Shown here: piece after piece, positions 36,565 to 46,907 of the stretch
Numbering within the stretch: the stretch's first letter is position 1
Layout: the number at the start of each line of letters is the position of its first letter
Virus record (IMG/VR): IMGVR_UViG_3300017917_002466
Coordinates: 1 to 64,000 of that record
Strand: one strand, 5' to 3'
DNA: 64,000 nt
Translations under genes and position numbers: made by a program
The notes under the pieces: generated by a model
Told to the model about the DNA's origin: nothing
Seen by the model: only the letters and a program-made list of their open reading frames with translations
The model's database searches: none

Positions 36565-39500
36565 TATAACCTTGTCCTTTCGCTACGTTCACTCTCCAAG
36601 GTATACAATGCTGTTGTATTATCTTGCTTATAATAAGTGAATTTATTGTTAATTCTCGTAATTCTACCAGTTGCCATTGCGAGCAATATCTCCATCAATT
36701 CTTCAAAAGTTTTTCCATCAACAGTAGTTGATAATAATGCGGCAATAATAGTATTTGGATCAGCAGAAACAACACCACCAGAAACAAATGAATTAACAAT
36801 ACCAGGTGAATTAAAAGTAAACTGATCTTGTATTGCAATTATACAACTAGCTGAAATTTCATCAATAGTGGAACTTAACGACCAATTTGTATCTCCGTGT
36901 TCTATAATTCCAGCTGATGTTGCGGATAAATCTGATAATGATGCAACTATACCATAATCAACTGAGCTTATATTTACACTTGGAAAGTTCTTATATGCAA
37001 TAGTAGAATTCCAAACTGCTGATGCATCATATTCTGATGTATGAATATGATTTGGAAGAATTACATATCCAGTTGTAGTATCTGGAATTTCTTTCCAAAT
37101 ATGATTAATATAAGCTGTATGAGTTGATCCATCATAAGCTGTTACTAATCCAACCTGATCCTGTCCATAACCTGATCTCAAAAATATTAACTGACCAATA
37201 TAAACATCATCAAAGTCACTTGCCCACTGATTAAGAGATATAGAAGATAATGTTCCAGCTGTTACTCTTCCTTCATTAACGTGTTCTCTACCTGGATGAG
37301 CATAAATGATAAAATCCGATGAAGAATCTGGTATTATCTTCCAATCTCTATCAACAAGGGCAATATGATTAGAACCGTTATACTCAAGAATTAATCTACT
37401 CTGACCTGCTCCTATTCCTCCAACTATTGCAATAAGTGATGGATCATATGCTCCACTATAAGATGCAGCACTTGAGTCTAAAGTTATTGAATTAGAGGTT
37501 GCACTTATTACAACACCACTATAAATAGTTGTTCCCCCAACTGCAACTGATAATTCTCTTAATTTTTTACCAGAAGAATTATTAATATTATGTTTAGCAA
37601 TTGTTAACTCTTCATCCCATACTCCATTAACCATATCAATTTTGGTAGCAGAGGTAAAAGCAGAAACTATAACTTCTGGAAAGTTTTGATATGCACTTAC
37701 ACTTCCATAAACACCATTATTAATACCCGAAATCTGTACTTGTGGAAAGTTTTGATAACCAGAAACTATAACTGGGTTTGTAATAGAATTAACGGTTCCT
37801 GCTGATACTTGGACTTGTGGAAAGTTTTGATAAGCACTAACAATTGTTGGATTAATAACATTATTTATTGTTCCACCTGATACTTGAACTGTTCCACTTA
37901 TATTAATGCTTGGAAAATTCTGGTAAGCAGAAACGACTACTGCATTTGTTACATTATTTACAGTTCCACTTATTACCGTATAGTTCATCTTATCAAGATT
38001 TGCACTTACTGTAACTTGAGGCATATTTTGATATGCACTTACACTTCCATAAACACCAGTATTGATTCCGGATACTTGAACTTGTGGAAAGTTCTGGTAC
38101 GCAGAAACTATTACAGCACCAGGAAGAATAATTTCATTAACTGAATAAGCTTCAACAGCTGAACCATTAAAAACAAATGATTCTTCAATAGCTGATATTG
38201 AAGCATTTTTTATTGCAACATAATCTATTATAGTTGTTGCAGAAATTTCAATACCACTATTAATTCCAGATACTTGAACTTGTGGAAAGTTCTGATAAGC
38301 GGATACTGTTATAGGATTAATTACGTTATTAATAGTTCCACTAGAAACTGTATAATTTGTTTTATCTAAATTAGCTGATACTGAAACTTGAGGAAAGTTA
38401 GTATAAGCTGATGTTCCAATGTATAGTCCTCCATTAACACCTGATACTTGAACTCTTGGAAAATTTTGATAAGCTGATACTATAACTGGATTAGTTATAT
38501 TATTAATAGTTCCGCTTGAAACTGTATAATTTATTTTATCTAAATTAGCGGATACTGTGACTTGAGGAAAATTCTGATAACCAGAAACTATAACTGGGTT
38601 TGTAATAGAATTAACGGTTCCTGCTGATACTTGGACTTGTGGAAAGTTCTGGTACGCAGATGTTCCAACAAATAAACCTCCATTTATAGCTGATACTGTA
38701 ACTTGTGGGAAGTTCGTATATGCACTAACTGTAACTGAATTTGCCAAAGAATATCCTGTCTTATCGTTATTAGTTCCAACGGTGACTGGGTTTGTAACAG
38801 TAGAAACTGTTCCACTAGAAACAGTATAGTTTATCTTATCCAAGTTAGCTGATACAGTTACCTGTGGGAAGTTAGAATATGCTGAAACAGTCTTTTCTTC
38901 TCTAGATACATTTTCAATTGTCTTTTCAACTGAATTAGTTCCAATTGAAATAGTTGAAGCATCAAATTCTCTAACTGCTCTTGCAATAACGTCTTTATTA
39001 ATATTAGTATTTGCAAGTTCCATTGTACCTGGAGCTTGAGCATAAACTGTAATTACTCTACCATAATGAAGTTCCTTGGTATTTTCTTTAAGAGCAAAAT
39101 CAATAACTATTTCGTCTGGAAGAACAAAAGCCGATGTTGCAAACTTATAATAAGTTTGCCAAACACCTACTCCTGCGCTTGTCATTGCATAATAATCGCC
39201 GCTAAATGTTGGTGAAATTGATGCGTGAACTGATCCAGAAATATCATTATAAAATTCTGTAAGTGCTATAATTTGTCTTACTGAATTTGCTTCAATAGCA
39301 ATTTCACCATCAGGATTCTCCATTGTACCACTCATATTATAAAAATAAACTTTGATTTCATAAATCTGTGAACCAGAGATTGGTACAATAACTTCCGTAG
39401 GAACTGCGGCTACAAATCTTGTATTTTGAATAATAGAAGCAACATCTGTTTGGCTTGCAATTTGACCAACTGGAAGTTTGCTCTGAATTTCATTTGTATC

Positions 39501-42176
39501 AGTAAGGATTGCTCCAGTATCTGCTGAAATCTGATTTACAGTTGTCTGTACATCAGATGTAGCAAGTCCAAGCTGTACTCTGGTCCAATAGTTTGCTCCA
39601 AATTCAGCACTTGTTAATGCTCCATCAGTAACTGCGTTAGATGTAATTACGTTATTTGCCATATTACCAACGCTAACACTTAATCTTCCACCCACAACCT
39701 GAGTAGCTGTTAATGCAGTTCCTCCTGCTTGTCTTAAATCTGCTGAAAGAGGAACTGTAGTTGAAGAAACTTGAACTTGTGGAAAGTTTTGATAAGCAGA
39801 TACAATAACAGGATTTGTAACCGTGTTTATTATTCCGCTAGAAACTGTATAGTTAGTCTTATCTCCATTAGCAGAAACATATACTTGTGGAAAGTTTTGA
39901 TAAGCTGATACTGTTATAGGATTAATTACGTTATTAATATTACCACCAGAAACATAGACTTGTGGGAAGTTCTGATAAGCTGAGACTGTAACTGGAATTG
40001 TATTATCATATCTTGCACTACTAGTGATAATAACTCCTGTTCCATTGTTAGTAACTTGCCAGAATCCTCTTAATGTTAAGTCTCCACCGGAACAACTTGA
40101 AGCAATAACTACTCTTCCAGCACCATCTAGCTTAATGGAGTTAGAAGATATCATATTATTAAATTGAATTCCTCCACGATAATCTCTAAATGCCATTGTT
40201 GCACTTGGTGTACAAACAAATGTTGGTGAAGCCAATCCCGCTGGATTTGCGTCAATACATCTTTTAAAAACATATACTCCATTTGCACAAGTAGTAAATG
40301 TTCCATTAAATTCGCTATTGTGAATACTTCCAGAATCTAGTGTAACATCTCCAATAGCACAATCATCCATTACATAGTCTTGACCAACTGATGTTCCAGA
40401 AATCCATTCTACATTTTCAAAAGATGCATCAGCAATACTTTGACCATTTAATCCAATAATTGCTCTTCCAATAAATCTCCACGCATCATAAGCAGAAACA
40501 AGAACTATACTAGAGTCTGGCTTCAAATAGAATCTCTTTAAATTAATTTGTTGTGCTAAATTTAATGCATTTGCTAGATTATTAGAAGGATATGTAGAAA
40601 TACCATTGACTCCAAGGGTAGTTCCTGAGAATCCATTAATGGTATCAATCCATATTCCATTATCATAAACTACCATTCCCATCTTGTTATAAACTGCATT
40701 AGCAATATCGGTAACGGATGTACCAGCTGCTACTGCATTCATAATTACATAATCTAAATTTAATATATCATTTGTATTAGTTCTTCCTGCTACAAATAAT
40801 ATTTGGGAATTTCCAGTTGAATTAACATGAGTTGTTGAATTTAACACATAGGAATATGTTGAATTAGAAGTTCCATTAAGAATTGCAGTACTAGCATTAC
40901 TAATTAATTCATATGCTGATGTTATATAATTGTATGCGTGGACATTAACTATACCCGCATTAGTTGGTGTACCAGCTTGTAAATATCCATAAATTGAAAT
41001 AGTAGATGGAACCCTTGTGCCTAAATTAAAAGTTAAACTTGCAGATAGTGGGACTGTTCCACTTGTTTGAATTTTCCATAAACTTCCATCATTAGCAGAG
41101 GTATTTAAATAAGAACCGGACAAATTTGTTCCGCCAATTACTGATCCTCCATTTGCTGTTAATGATGATGCATTATTAGAAACAATTTGATTATAAATTC
41201 CTTTTAATGAATTAGCAGAAATAAAAGTACTTCCAGTACTTCCATCAGCTATTTGTTGTAACATTCCTGCAATAGTAGATGTTCCACCATTCAAAGAAAC
41301 TGGAGTTCCTATTCCAATTTTATTCCAATAGTCTATTGCATAATCAGCTGAAGTAATTGATCCATCTGTAACAGAAGATACATTTACTGATGGAAAATTT
41401 GTATAGGCGGATGTTCCAACAAATAAACCTCCATTTATAGCTGATACTGTAACTTGTGGAAAGTTTGTATAAGCGGATACTGCAACAATTGGATGATTAG
41501 TTTGAGCGGATACAGAAACAGAATTAACAACTCCGTTAACTGTTCCTGCAACATTTCCAGTAACTGAACCAACTGATCCGGTTACGTTTCCAGCAACTGC
41601 TGTTATAGAACCGCTTGAAACTGTATAATTTGTTTTGTCTAAATTAGCTGATACCGTAACTTGTGGATGGTTTAAATATGCTGATGTTCCAACAAATAAA
41701 CCTCCATTTATAGCTGATACCGTAACTTGTGGATGGTTTAAATATGCTGATGTTCCAACAAATAAACCTCCATTTATAGCTGATACCGTAACTTGTGGGA
41801 AGTTCTGATATGCTGAAATAGTTAATGGACTACTTACTGTATCAATAGAAGCATCATAATTAGTTATTCTTATTAAAATAGTTTGTTCAAGAACTTGATC
41901 TGATTTTAACTTAATTGACATATAATCAGACGATGCAGAAATTTCAGAAGCTGAAATAACCAAATACCATTTTCCAGTCGAACCAAGTTGAATTGGATTT
42001 GCTGCAATTGTTGATGAAGTAGGCGCACTGGCATCGTCTGACCATAAATAAACTGATTTACTTGCATTAGTCATTGATGTCCAAGCGCTTGTCGTATAGT
42101 ACTGTGTTGCGCTTGCGGCATTTATTAAAGGAAAGACAACTTTTGTGGCTTGAGACCTTTTTCTGCTAACTTCCAT
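36564..42176 (-). CDS. Large repetitive virion appendage/fibre protein (1870 aa)
   Basis: About 22 copies of SAY(Q/T)NFPQV; adjacent to neck gene; duplicated domain near C-terminus. Confidence 0.75.
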   Translation of the reverse strand: MEVSRKRSQATKVVFPLINAASATQYYTTSAWTSMTNASKSVYLWSDDASAPTSSTIAANPIQLGSTGKWYLVISASEISASSDYMSIKLKSDQVLEQTILIRITNYDASIDTVSSPLTISAYQNFPQVTVSAINGGLFVGTSAYLNHPQVTVSAINGGLFVGTSAYLNHPQVTVSANLDKTNYTVSSGSITAVAGNVTGSVGSVTGNVAGTVNGVVNSVSVSAQTNHPIVAVSAYTNFPQVTVSAINGGLFVGTSAYTNFPSVNVSSVTDGSITSADYAIDYWNKIGIGTPVSLNGGTSTIAGMLQQIADGSTGSTFISANSLKGIYNQIVSNNASSLTANGGSVIGGTNLSGSYLNTSANDGSLWKIQTSGTVPLSASLTFNLGTRVPSTISIYGYLQAGTPTNAGIVNVHAYNYITSAYELISNASTAILNGTSNSTYSYVLNSTTHVNSTGNSQILFVAGRTNTNDILNLDYVIMNAVAAGTSVTDIANAVYNKMGMVVYDNGIWIDTINGFSGTTLGVNGISTYPSNNLANALNLAQQINLKRFYLKPDSSIVLVSAYDAWRFIGRAIIGLNGQSIADASFENVEWISGTSVGQDYVMDDCAIGDVTLDSGSIHNSEFNGTFTTCANGVYVFKRCIDANPAGLASPTFVCTPSATMAFRDYRGGIQFNNMISSNSIKLDGAGRVVIASSCSGGDLTLRGFWQVTNNGTGVIITSSARYDNTIPVTVSAYQNFPQVYVSGGNINNVINPITVSAYQNFPQVYVSANGDKTNYTVSSGIINTVTNPVIVSAYQNFPQVQVSSTTVPLSADLRQAGGTALTATQVVGGRLSVSVGNMANNVITSNAVTDGALTSAEFGANYWTRVQLGLATSDVQTTVNQISADTGAILTDTNEIQSKLPVGQIASQTDVASIIQNTRFVAAVPTEVIVPISGSQIYEIKVYFYNMSGTMENPDGEIAIEANSVRQIIALTEFYNDISGSVHASISPTFSGDYYAMTSAGVGVWQTYYKFATSAFVLPDEIVIDFALKENTKELHYGRVITVYAQAPGTMELANTNINKDVIARAVREFDASTISIGTNSVEKTIENVSREEKTVSAYSNFPQVTVSANLDKINYTVSSGTVSTVTNPVTVGTNNDKTGYSLANSVTVSAYTNFPQVTVSAINGGLFVGTSAYQNFPQVQVSAGTVNSITNPVIVSGYQNFPQVTVSANLDKINYTVSSGTINNITNPVIVSAYQNFPRVQVSGVNGGLYIGTSAYTNFPQVSVSANLDKTNYTVSSGTINNVINPITVSAYQNFPQVQVSGINSGIEISATTIIDYVAIKNASISAIEESFVFNGSAVEAYSVNEIILPGAVIVSAYQNFPQVQVSGINTGVYGSVSAYQNMPQVTVSANLDKMNYTVISGTVNNVTNAVVVSAYQNFPSINISGTVQVSGGTINNVINPTIVSAYQNFPQVQVSAGTVNSITNPVIVSGYQNFPQVQISGINNGVYGSVSAYQNFPEVIVSAFTSATKIDMVNGVWDEELTIAKHNINNSSGKKLRELSVAVGGTTIYSGVVISATSNSITLDSSAASYSGAYDPSLIAIVGGIGAGQSRLILEYNGSNHIALVDRDWKIIPDSSSDFIIYAHPGREHVNEGRVTAGTLSSISLNQWASDFDDVYIGQLIFLRSGYGQDQVGLVTAYDGSTHTAYINHIWKEIPDTTTGYVILPNHIHTSEYDASAVWNSTIAYKNFPSVNISSVDYGIVASLSDLSATSAGIIEHGDTNWSLSSTIDEISASCIIAIQDQFTFNSPGIVNSFVSGGVVSADPNTIIAALLSTTVDGKTFEELMEILLAMATGRITRINNKFTYYKQDNTTALYTLESERSERTRL
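41645..41798. repeat. 66-nt exact tandem repeat inside the 1870-aa gene
   Basis: Period 66 (starts 41645, 41711, 41777). Confidence 0.85.
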
Positions 42177-42210
42177 TTATTTCCCCTATAATTTGTTGAG
42201 TACTCAAGTA

Positions 42211-42218
42211 TATTTATA
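42211..42218 (-). promoter_or_regulatory. Late promoter TATAAATA upstream of the 1870-aa gene
   Basis: Exact consensus, followed by palindrome TTGAGTACTCAA. Confidence 0.75.
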
Positions 42219-42225
42219 GTAAATA

Positions 42226-43404
42226 TTATCCTATTCCTACCCAAACTCCACGACCAACTCCTTCCCAAATTCCACGAAAATAAAAATTAATTGATTCTAC
42301 CTCTATTGTTTCAACTGTTCCAACTGTCCAAAAGTTTGTATTATTATTTTCATAATTATAAATTGTTTTAATCCAGTTTGCATTAACTAATCCTTTTCTA
42401 ATTCTTATTTCATCAATAGTTGCTCCAAATCCTCCGTCTTGTTCACCTACACCAGTTGTAGTATGTCTTCCAATTGCTTCATTAACATTAGTTAATGGTT
42501 CAGTAATAACATTAAGTCCAGCTGCACTATTAACAAAATTTCCATTAATGTACCATAATCCATTTTTTAGTCCAGTTCTATTATCTAAAACAAAATCCAT
42601 TTTATACCAAGTATTAATATTCCATGATGCACAAGTACATGCTATTACGTTCAAATCTTCTCCATTATAATATTGAAATTTTGGCGCACCATCTTCATCA
42701 AAATAAATCCAAAAATGTTCATTAGTAGTACTCCCTTTACTAATTACATTTTTAAGTTTACCAACTAATGTTGTTGAATTCCAAGCTGCATGTGGTTTTA
42801 TCCACCATTGCCAAGATGATACATTTCCACTTGTAATTAAATTACCTGCTTTTAATTGAGTATTTGCACTTAATCCTAAACCAGTATCATTATCACCACT
42901 AAAAGCACTACCAATAAATCCAGAAGTAAATTTTGAAGCTGCCGTATTTAATATTCTAGCATTATGTCCATAAACTGATTCAACAACATTCATTGTATTT
43001 GAGCTTGTACCAGATTGAAGATGCCATACTCTTAAATAGGTTGGATTCCAAACTAAAGAATATCCGTATGTATTTCCGCTTGATGGTTGAGTACTACTAG
43101 GGTCTCCCCAATATAGATAAAAGTCATTAGTAGCAGAAGAACCAGAAACATTTAATGAACCAGATGTAGTAAAATAAACTTGTCCTGTTTTTGCTGTAGT
43201 ATTGATATACACTATTTCAAGTGGACATCTTACTAATCCACTTGGAGAATTCCAATATACTAAAAGATCATCACCATTTGATTTTATATTACTCCAAAAT
43301 TGATTTGCTGAAATATTAGAAAGTTCAAATTCTAATGGTAAATTAGCTGAATTAGAAAGAACAAGATTATTATTAGTTGTAATCTTAACTCTATTAATTG
43401 GCAT
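42226..43404 (-). CDS. DUF2341-like plus LamG/ConA-like virion protein
   Basis: NGDDLLVY...EIVY, FYLYWGDPS, VWHLQ; GATIDEIRI...WIKTIYN. Confidence 0.75.
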   Translation of the reverse strand: MPINRVKITTNNNLVLSNSANLPLEFELSNISANQFWSNIKSNGDDLLVYWNSPSGLVRCPLEIVYINTTAKTGQVYFTTSGSLNVSGSSATNDFYLYWGDPSSTQPSSGNTYGYSLVWNPTYLRVWHLQSGTSSNTMNVVESVYGHNARILNTAASKFTSGFIGSAFSGDNDTGLGLSANTQLKAGNLITSGNVSSWQWWIKPHAAWNSTTLVGKLKNVISKGSTTNEHFWIYFDEDGAPKFQYYNGEDLNVIACTCASWNINTWYKMDFVLDNRTGLKNGLWYINGNFVNSAAGLNVITEPLTNVNEAIGRHTTTGVGEQDGGFGATIDEIRIRKGLVNANWIKTIYNYENNNTNFWTVGTVETIEVESINFYFRGIWEGVGRGVWVGIG

Positions 43405-43426
43405 CTTTTCTCCAAATTTTCAAACA

Positions 43427-43852
43427 TTAAATAATATTCATTATTCCATTAGAATTCCATTGAATTGTAATACTTCCATTAACTGTAATTATTGGACTAT
43501 TCGTAAATTCAACAAATCCTACAACTATTCCATCACTTACTCTATAAATTGTATATCCATATGAATTTAATGTAACACCGCTCCATACAATATTATCTCC
43601 ATCCCACGAAATAACACTTTCGTTAATTAAACTAATTGTAGGTGAAGTTAAACTTACTGAATTATATCCAACCGCAGTTACTTCATAAGCTGAAACTTCT
43701 GACCAATTAATTATAGATTGTAATATACTAGTATCTGTTATACTGATATATTCTCCCATTAAAGCAATAGCAAATGTATCGTTAATTAAATCAATTTGCT
43801 TTTTTGCCATCAATTCTCTAAAATAATTAGTTGTTACGACTTTATTAGCCAT
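43427..43852 (-). CDS. Putative small virion structural protein
   Basis: Beta-rich; WDGDNIVWSGVTL...ITIQWNSNGI pattern seen in fibre-associated phage proteins. Confidence 0.5.
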   Translation of the reverse strand: MANKVVTTNYFRELMAKKQIDLINDTFAIALMGEYISITDTSILQSIINWSEVSAYEVTAVGYNSVSLTSPTISLINESVISWDGDNIVWSGVTLNSYGYTIYRVSDGIVVGFVEFTNSPIITVNGSITIQWNSNGIMNII

Positions 43853-43864
43853 TTGAAATACTCC

Positions 43865-44317
43865 TTACAAAAGTGCTGATGCATGACCAGCAACTGTCTC
43901 GTTTTTAATTATCTGAGGTTTATTTTGTAGGCTACTTGTATTTATGTTAGATTTAATTATTTCCTCAGTAATAATATTATCATCAGGAAGGCCGTTCAAA
44001 ATATCTACTGCATGAGACTTAGCTTCTTTAATTGGTGATTGAACGATCTTCTTTGGTAAAATCTGATATTTGTGATCAACTGAAGTGGTTTCTTTAAGCT
44101 CAAAATGTTCTTTGGATTCTTGTTTTGAAATCCATTCTTGAAGTTTATCAATAACCTTTTGGGCTCCTTCAACTGTACGAATTTCAACATTCATACAAAG
44201 AACTTTCGGTTTACTAATGTCTTGCTCCTCAACTTTTTTAACCGCTGGTTTTGGTTGAGAAACAACCTTCTGTTGCTTTTTATTGAAATCATCTAGATAG
44301 TCTAAAAATCCGTCCAT
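43865..44317 (-). CDS. Hypothetical protein
   Basis: ORF track; RBS GAGG. Confidence 0.6.
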   Translation of the reverse strand: MDGFLDYLDDFNKKQQKVVSQPKPAVKKVEEQDISKPKVLCMNVEIRTVEGAQKVIDKLQEWISKQESKEHFELKETTSVDHKYQILPKKIVQSPIKEAKSHAVDILNGLPDDNIITEEIIKSNINTSSLQNKPQIIKNETVAGHASALL

Positions 44318-44331
44318 ATGAATATCCTCAC

Positions 44332-44706
44332 TTATTCGTATAGAATATTAGCAGCAACTTTACTCATAAAACTGCTTGCTGACTCTTCTGTGGTTGATTG
44401 TTTTGGTTCTTCTTCGGATACATCTTCTGGCTCTTCAGTTTCTATTTCTCCTTCAACTGGCTCTAATATTTCAACTGGAATTTCTTCTATATCACTATCA
44501 GGTGCCATCAAAGAATATTCAGAAGCAAGTTTTTTACCTGCTTCAAAAAATGCTTTAAGAAACTGACGAACATTAGTTTCATCTTCATAAATAATCTTCT
44601 TAAATTGTCTAATAAGTTCTTCTTTATCTTCTTTTTGATAGTAATTCTTCTCAATATCAAAATTGACAAATTTTTTTACAATATCATTAATTTCTGTGTT
44701 TACCAT
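44332..44706 (-). CDS. Acidic hypothetical protein
   Basis: Start reassigned to ATG 44706 after AGGAG. Confidence 0.6.
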   Translation of the reverse strand: MVNTEINDIVKKFVNFDIEKNYYQKEDKEELIRQFKKIIYEDETNVRQFLKAFFEAGKKLASEYSLMAPDSDIEEIPVEILEPVEGEIETEEPEDVSEEEPKQSTTEESASSFMSKVAANILYE

Positions 44707-44716
44707 TAGAAATCTC

Positions 44717-45457
44717 CTATTTAATTTTCTTATTCTCGTTAATCTTATCACTATAAAACGAAATTAGACTTGAATGCATTTCAGTAAGTTTCTGTTCTGC
44801 AAAATTCATTTGAGATTTTAAAGTTTTTAAAAACTTAGATTTTTTATTTTCTGTAATTAATTTTTTTCCAAACATAACTGTTACACAACTACCACAATCT
44901 TTATCATTTTTATTATTAGTAAATTCATTAATTTCTTGTTCAAATTTCTTATCAATTTCTTCAATTGATTCATCATCTTGCTTCTTAAACTTTTTAGCTT
45001 CCATATAAATTTCTAAAATAACTGATTCAAATTTAGATTCATCTTTATCTATTTGAACCAATATTTCTTCCATTGAAACTAACATTCCCCTATTATCAGG
45101 AGGATAAAGATTAATAACGTGATTTCTTAAATATGAAATCAAACTTTTACTTTGATTCTTTACATACTGTAAAAAATCTTTTTCGTCTAAATCATGAAAC
45201 CCATTTTCTTTAAACGATCTTCTTATTTCGTCTTTCATCTTCATATTAATTGCATCATTAGAAAGCCCCCAAAACATTCTATAATAAAGTGTTTCTGATT
45301 TTTCTCCAAATAATTTAACTCCTATAAATGATAAAACATTTCTCCAAAATTTACCAACAATCAATAAAAAAGTCATAGTCAAAAGAATAATAAGTCCTTG
45401 CCACCATTCAAAGGCTGATACATATTGTATTAGTTCTTTAAAAAAATCCAATAACAT
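44717..45457 (-). CDS. Membrane-anchored protein (one N-terminal TM segment), function unknown
   Basis: WWQGLIILLTMTFLLIVG hydrophobic helix. Confidence 0.6.
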   Translation of the reverse strand: MLLDFFKELIQYVSAFEWWQGLIILLTMTFLLIVGKFWRNVLSFIGVKLFGEKSETLYYRMFWGLSNDAINMKMKDEIRRSFKENGFHDLDEKDFLQYVKNQSKSLISYLRNHVINLYPPDNRGMLVSMEEILVQIDKDESKFESVILEIYMEAKKFKKQDDESIEEIDKKFEQEINEFTNNKNDKDCGSCVTVMFGKKLITENKKSKFLKTLKSQMNFAEQKLTEMHSSLISFYSDKINENKKIK

Positions 45458-45471
45458 TTTACTCTCCTTGT

Positions 45472-46029
45472 TTAAATTCTTGTAATAGAAGAGTCTTTTT
45501 GATTAAGGTTAATATTTGGACTACTAATCTGAACCAACTCAGTTCTCTTTCTAATATTATTATTTCTCATTAATATAAGCTTAAGAATTTTATGATTTTC
45601 CTCGTCTACAGAAATCTTTGAATCAATATCGTAAATATCCCCCAATCTTCTTATCAAATTAAGAATAAGATGTTGCTGTATTCCTTGAAGAAAAAAGTCA
45701 TTTGTGTCTTCAGAATCCATCTTTGTAACAACAAATGTAAATATAATTTCCTTTTCTAAAAGGTCTACTCTCCACGTCATATTTCTAAGAAATAGATGTT
45801 TGTCTGTCAAATCCTTTATTGCCTTGATGGCTTCATAATACTCTGAATGATTGTCTGTAACAAAACCATTTCCTCTTGAGTAGAAAGACTGCATATCCGA
45901 ATTGGAATACATATGGTCTTCTGCTCCGTGAATTGGATCAGAAGCATCTGGGACCTTTTGAACAACCTTTGGGTTATCATAGAATTCCATTTCTTTTTCA
46001 GTAAGATATTCTAATATATTTTTATTCAT
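45472..46029 (-). CDS. Hypothetical protein
   Basis: ORF track. Confidence 0.6.
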   Translation of the reverse strand: MNKNILEYLTEKEMEFYDNPKVVQKVPDASDPIHGAEDHMYSNSDMQSFYSRGNGFVTDNHSEYYEAIKAIKDLTDKHLFLRNMTWRVDLLEKEIIFTFVVTKMDSEDTNDFFLQGIQQHLILNLIRRLGDIYDIDSKISVDEENHKILKLILMRNNNIRKRTELVQISSPNINLNQKDSSITRI

Positions 46030-46879
46030 TTTGAAAAATAGTTATAAATGATTCTAATTGGTTGTTATTTTCTAAATTAAAATTGCTATTATTTAACTTT
46101 AACTTAATAGCAAACGTAATACTAAAATTTGAAAAATCTGTTCGACTTCCAGTATGATATTTTAGTCGCAATCTAACACTTGCGCTTGTTATTTCGTTAT
46201 CTAAAGATGGTATCTTTAACTCTTTACTTTCTTTATTATTTTTTTTATTTAGACTAAACAAACCAATTCTTTTAATTTGAATAAAGTCATATTTTGAGTA
46301 GTATTCGGATATTATATGTTTATCAACTTTTATAACTGTTTCCCTGTTTCCTTCAAACAATATTTCTTGTAACTTGTTTTTAATAGTCCCACCAACTATT
46401 GAATCGCCTTTTTCATTCTTTACATTTCTCAAATTAACTGATGAAATTAAGTTATTTTTGATTTTTACATTTATATCTTTTTTGTTTTCTTCAATAAAAT
46501 TTCTAAACAATTCTATTTTTGGGTCTAGAAATTTCTTAATATAATCCTCAAAAATTATAAGCATTACTAAGTTTTTATCACTATCTAAATTTTTACTGGT
46601 TCCACCAATAATCCATTGGTTTTTAGATACATCAAAAGCGATTCGGCCTTGACCAAAATCTAAACGGTCAATGTCCGTATTATCTTCCAAATTTTTGGCT
46701 TCAATAAAAATATTACCTTTTGTAAATTTACATACTATATCAGCACCGGGACCAGTACAACCAGTATTTGGAACATCTACCCCTTTTTGACGAAAAAGGT
46801 CTGCAATAAATGTTTCATATTCACATCCTTTTTCCACACTAATATTTCTCTCTAAGAAGTAAAATTCATTAAAATTCAT
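46022..46879 (-). CDS. PD-(D/E)XK restriction-endonuclease-fold protein
   Basis: G.EYE..IADL, GADI...IFIEAK motif; start reassigned to ATG 46879 (MNFNEFYFLE) after GGAG. Confidence 0.6.
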   Translation of the reverse strand: MNFNEFYFLERNISVEKGCEYETFIADLFRQKGVDVPNTGCTGPGADIVCKFTKGNIFIEAKNLEDNTDIDRLDFGQGRIAFDVSKNQWIIGGTSKNLDSDKNLVMLIIFEDYIKKFLDPKIELFRNFIEENKKDINVKIKNNLISSVNLRNVKNEKGDSIVGGTIKNKLQEILFEGNRETVIKVDKHIISEYYSKYDFIQIKRIGLFSLNKKNNKESKELKIPSLDNEITSASVRLRLKYHTGSRTDFSNFSITFAIKLKLNNSNFNLENNNQLESFITIFQNE

Positions 46880-46907
46880 TAAAGTTCTCCGATAAAATAA
46901 ATTTCTA

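Noticed and set aside
44717-45457. Holin (T4 gp t-like) call
   Set aside because: Only one TM helix supports it; there is no lysis-gene context or recognisable motif.
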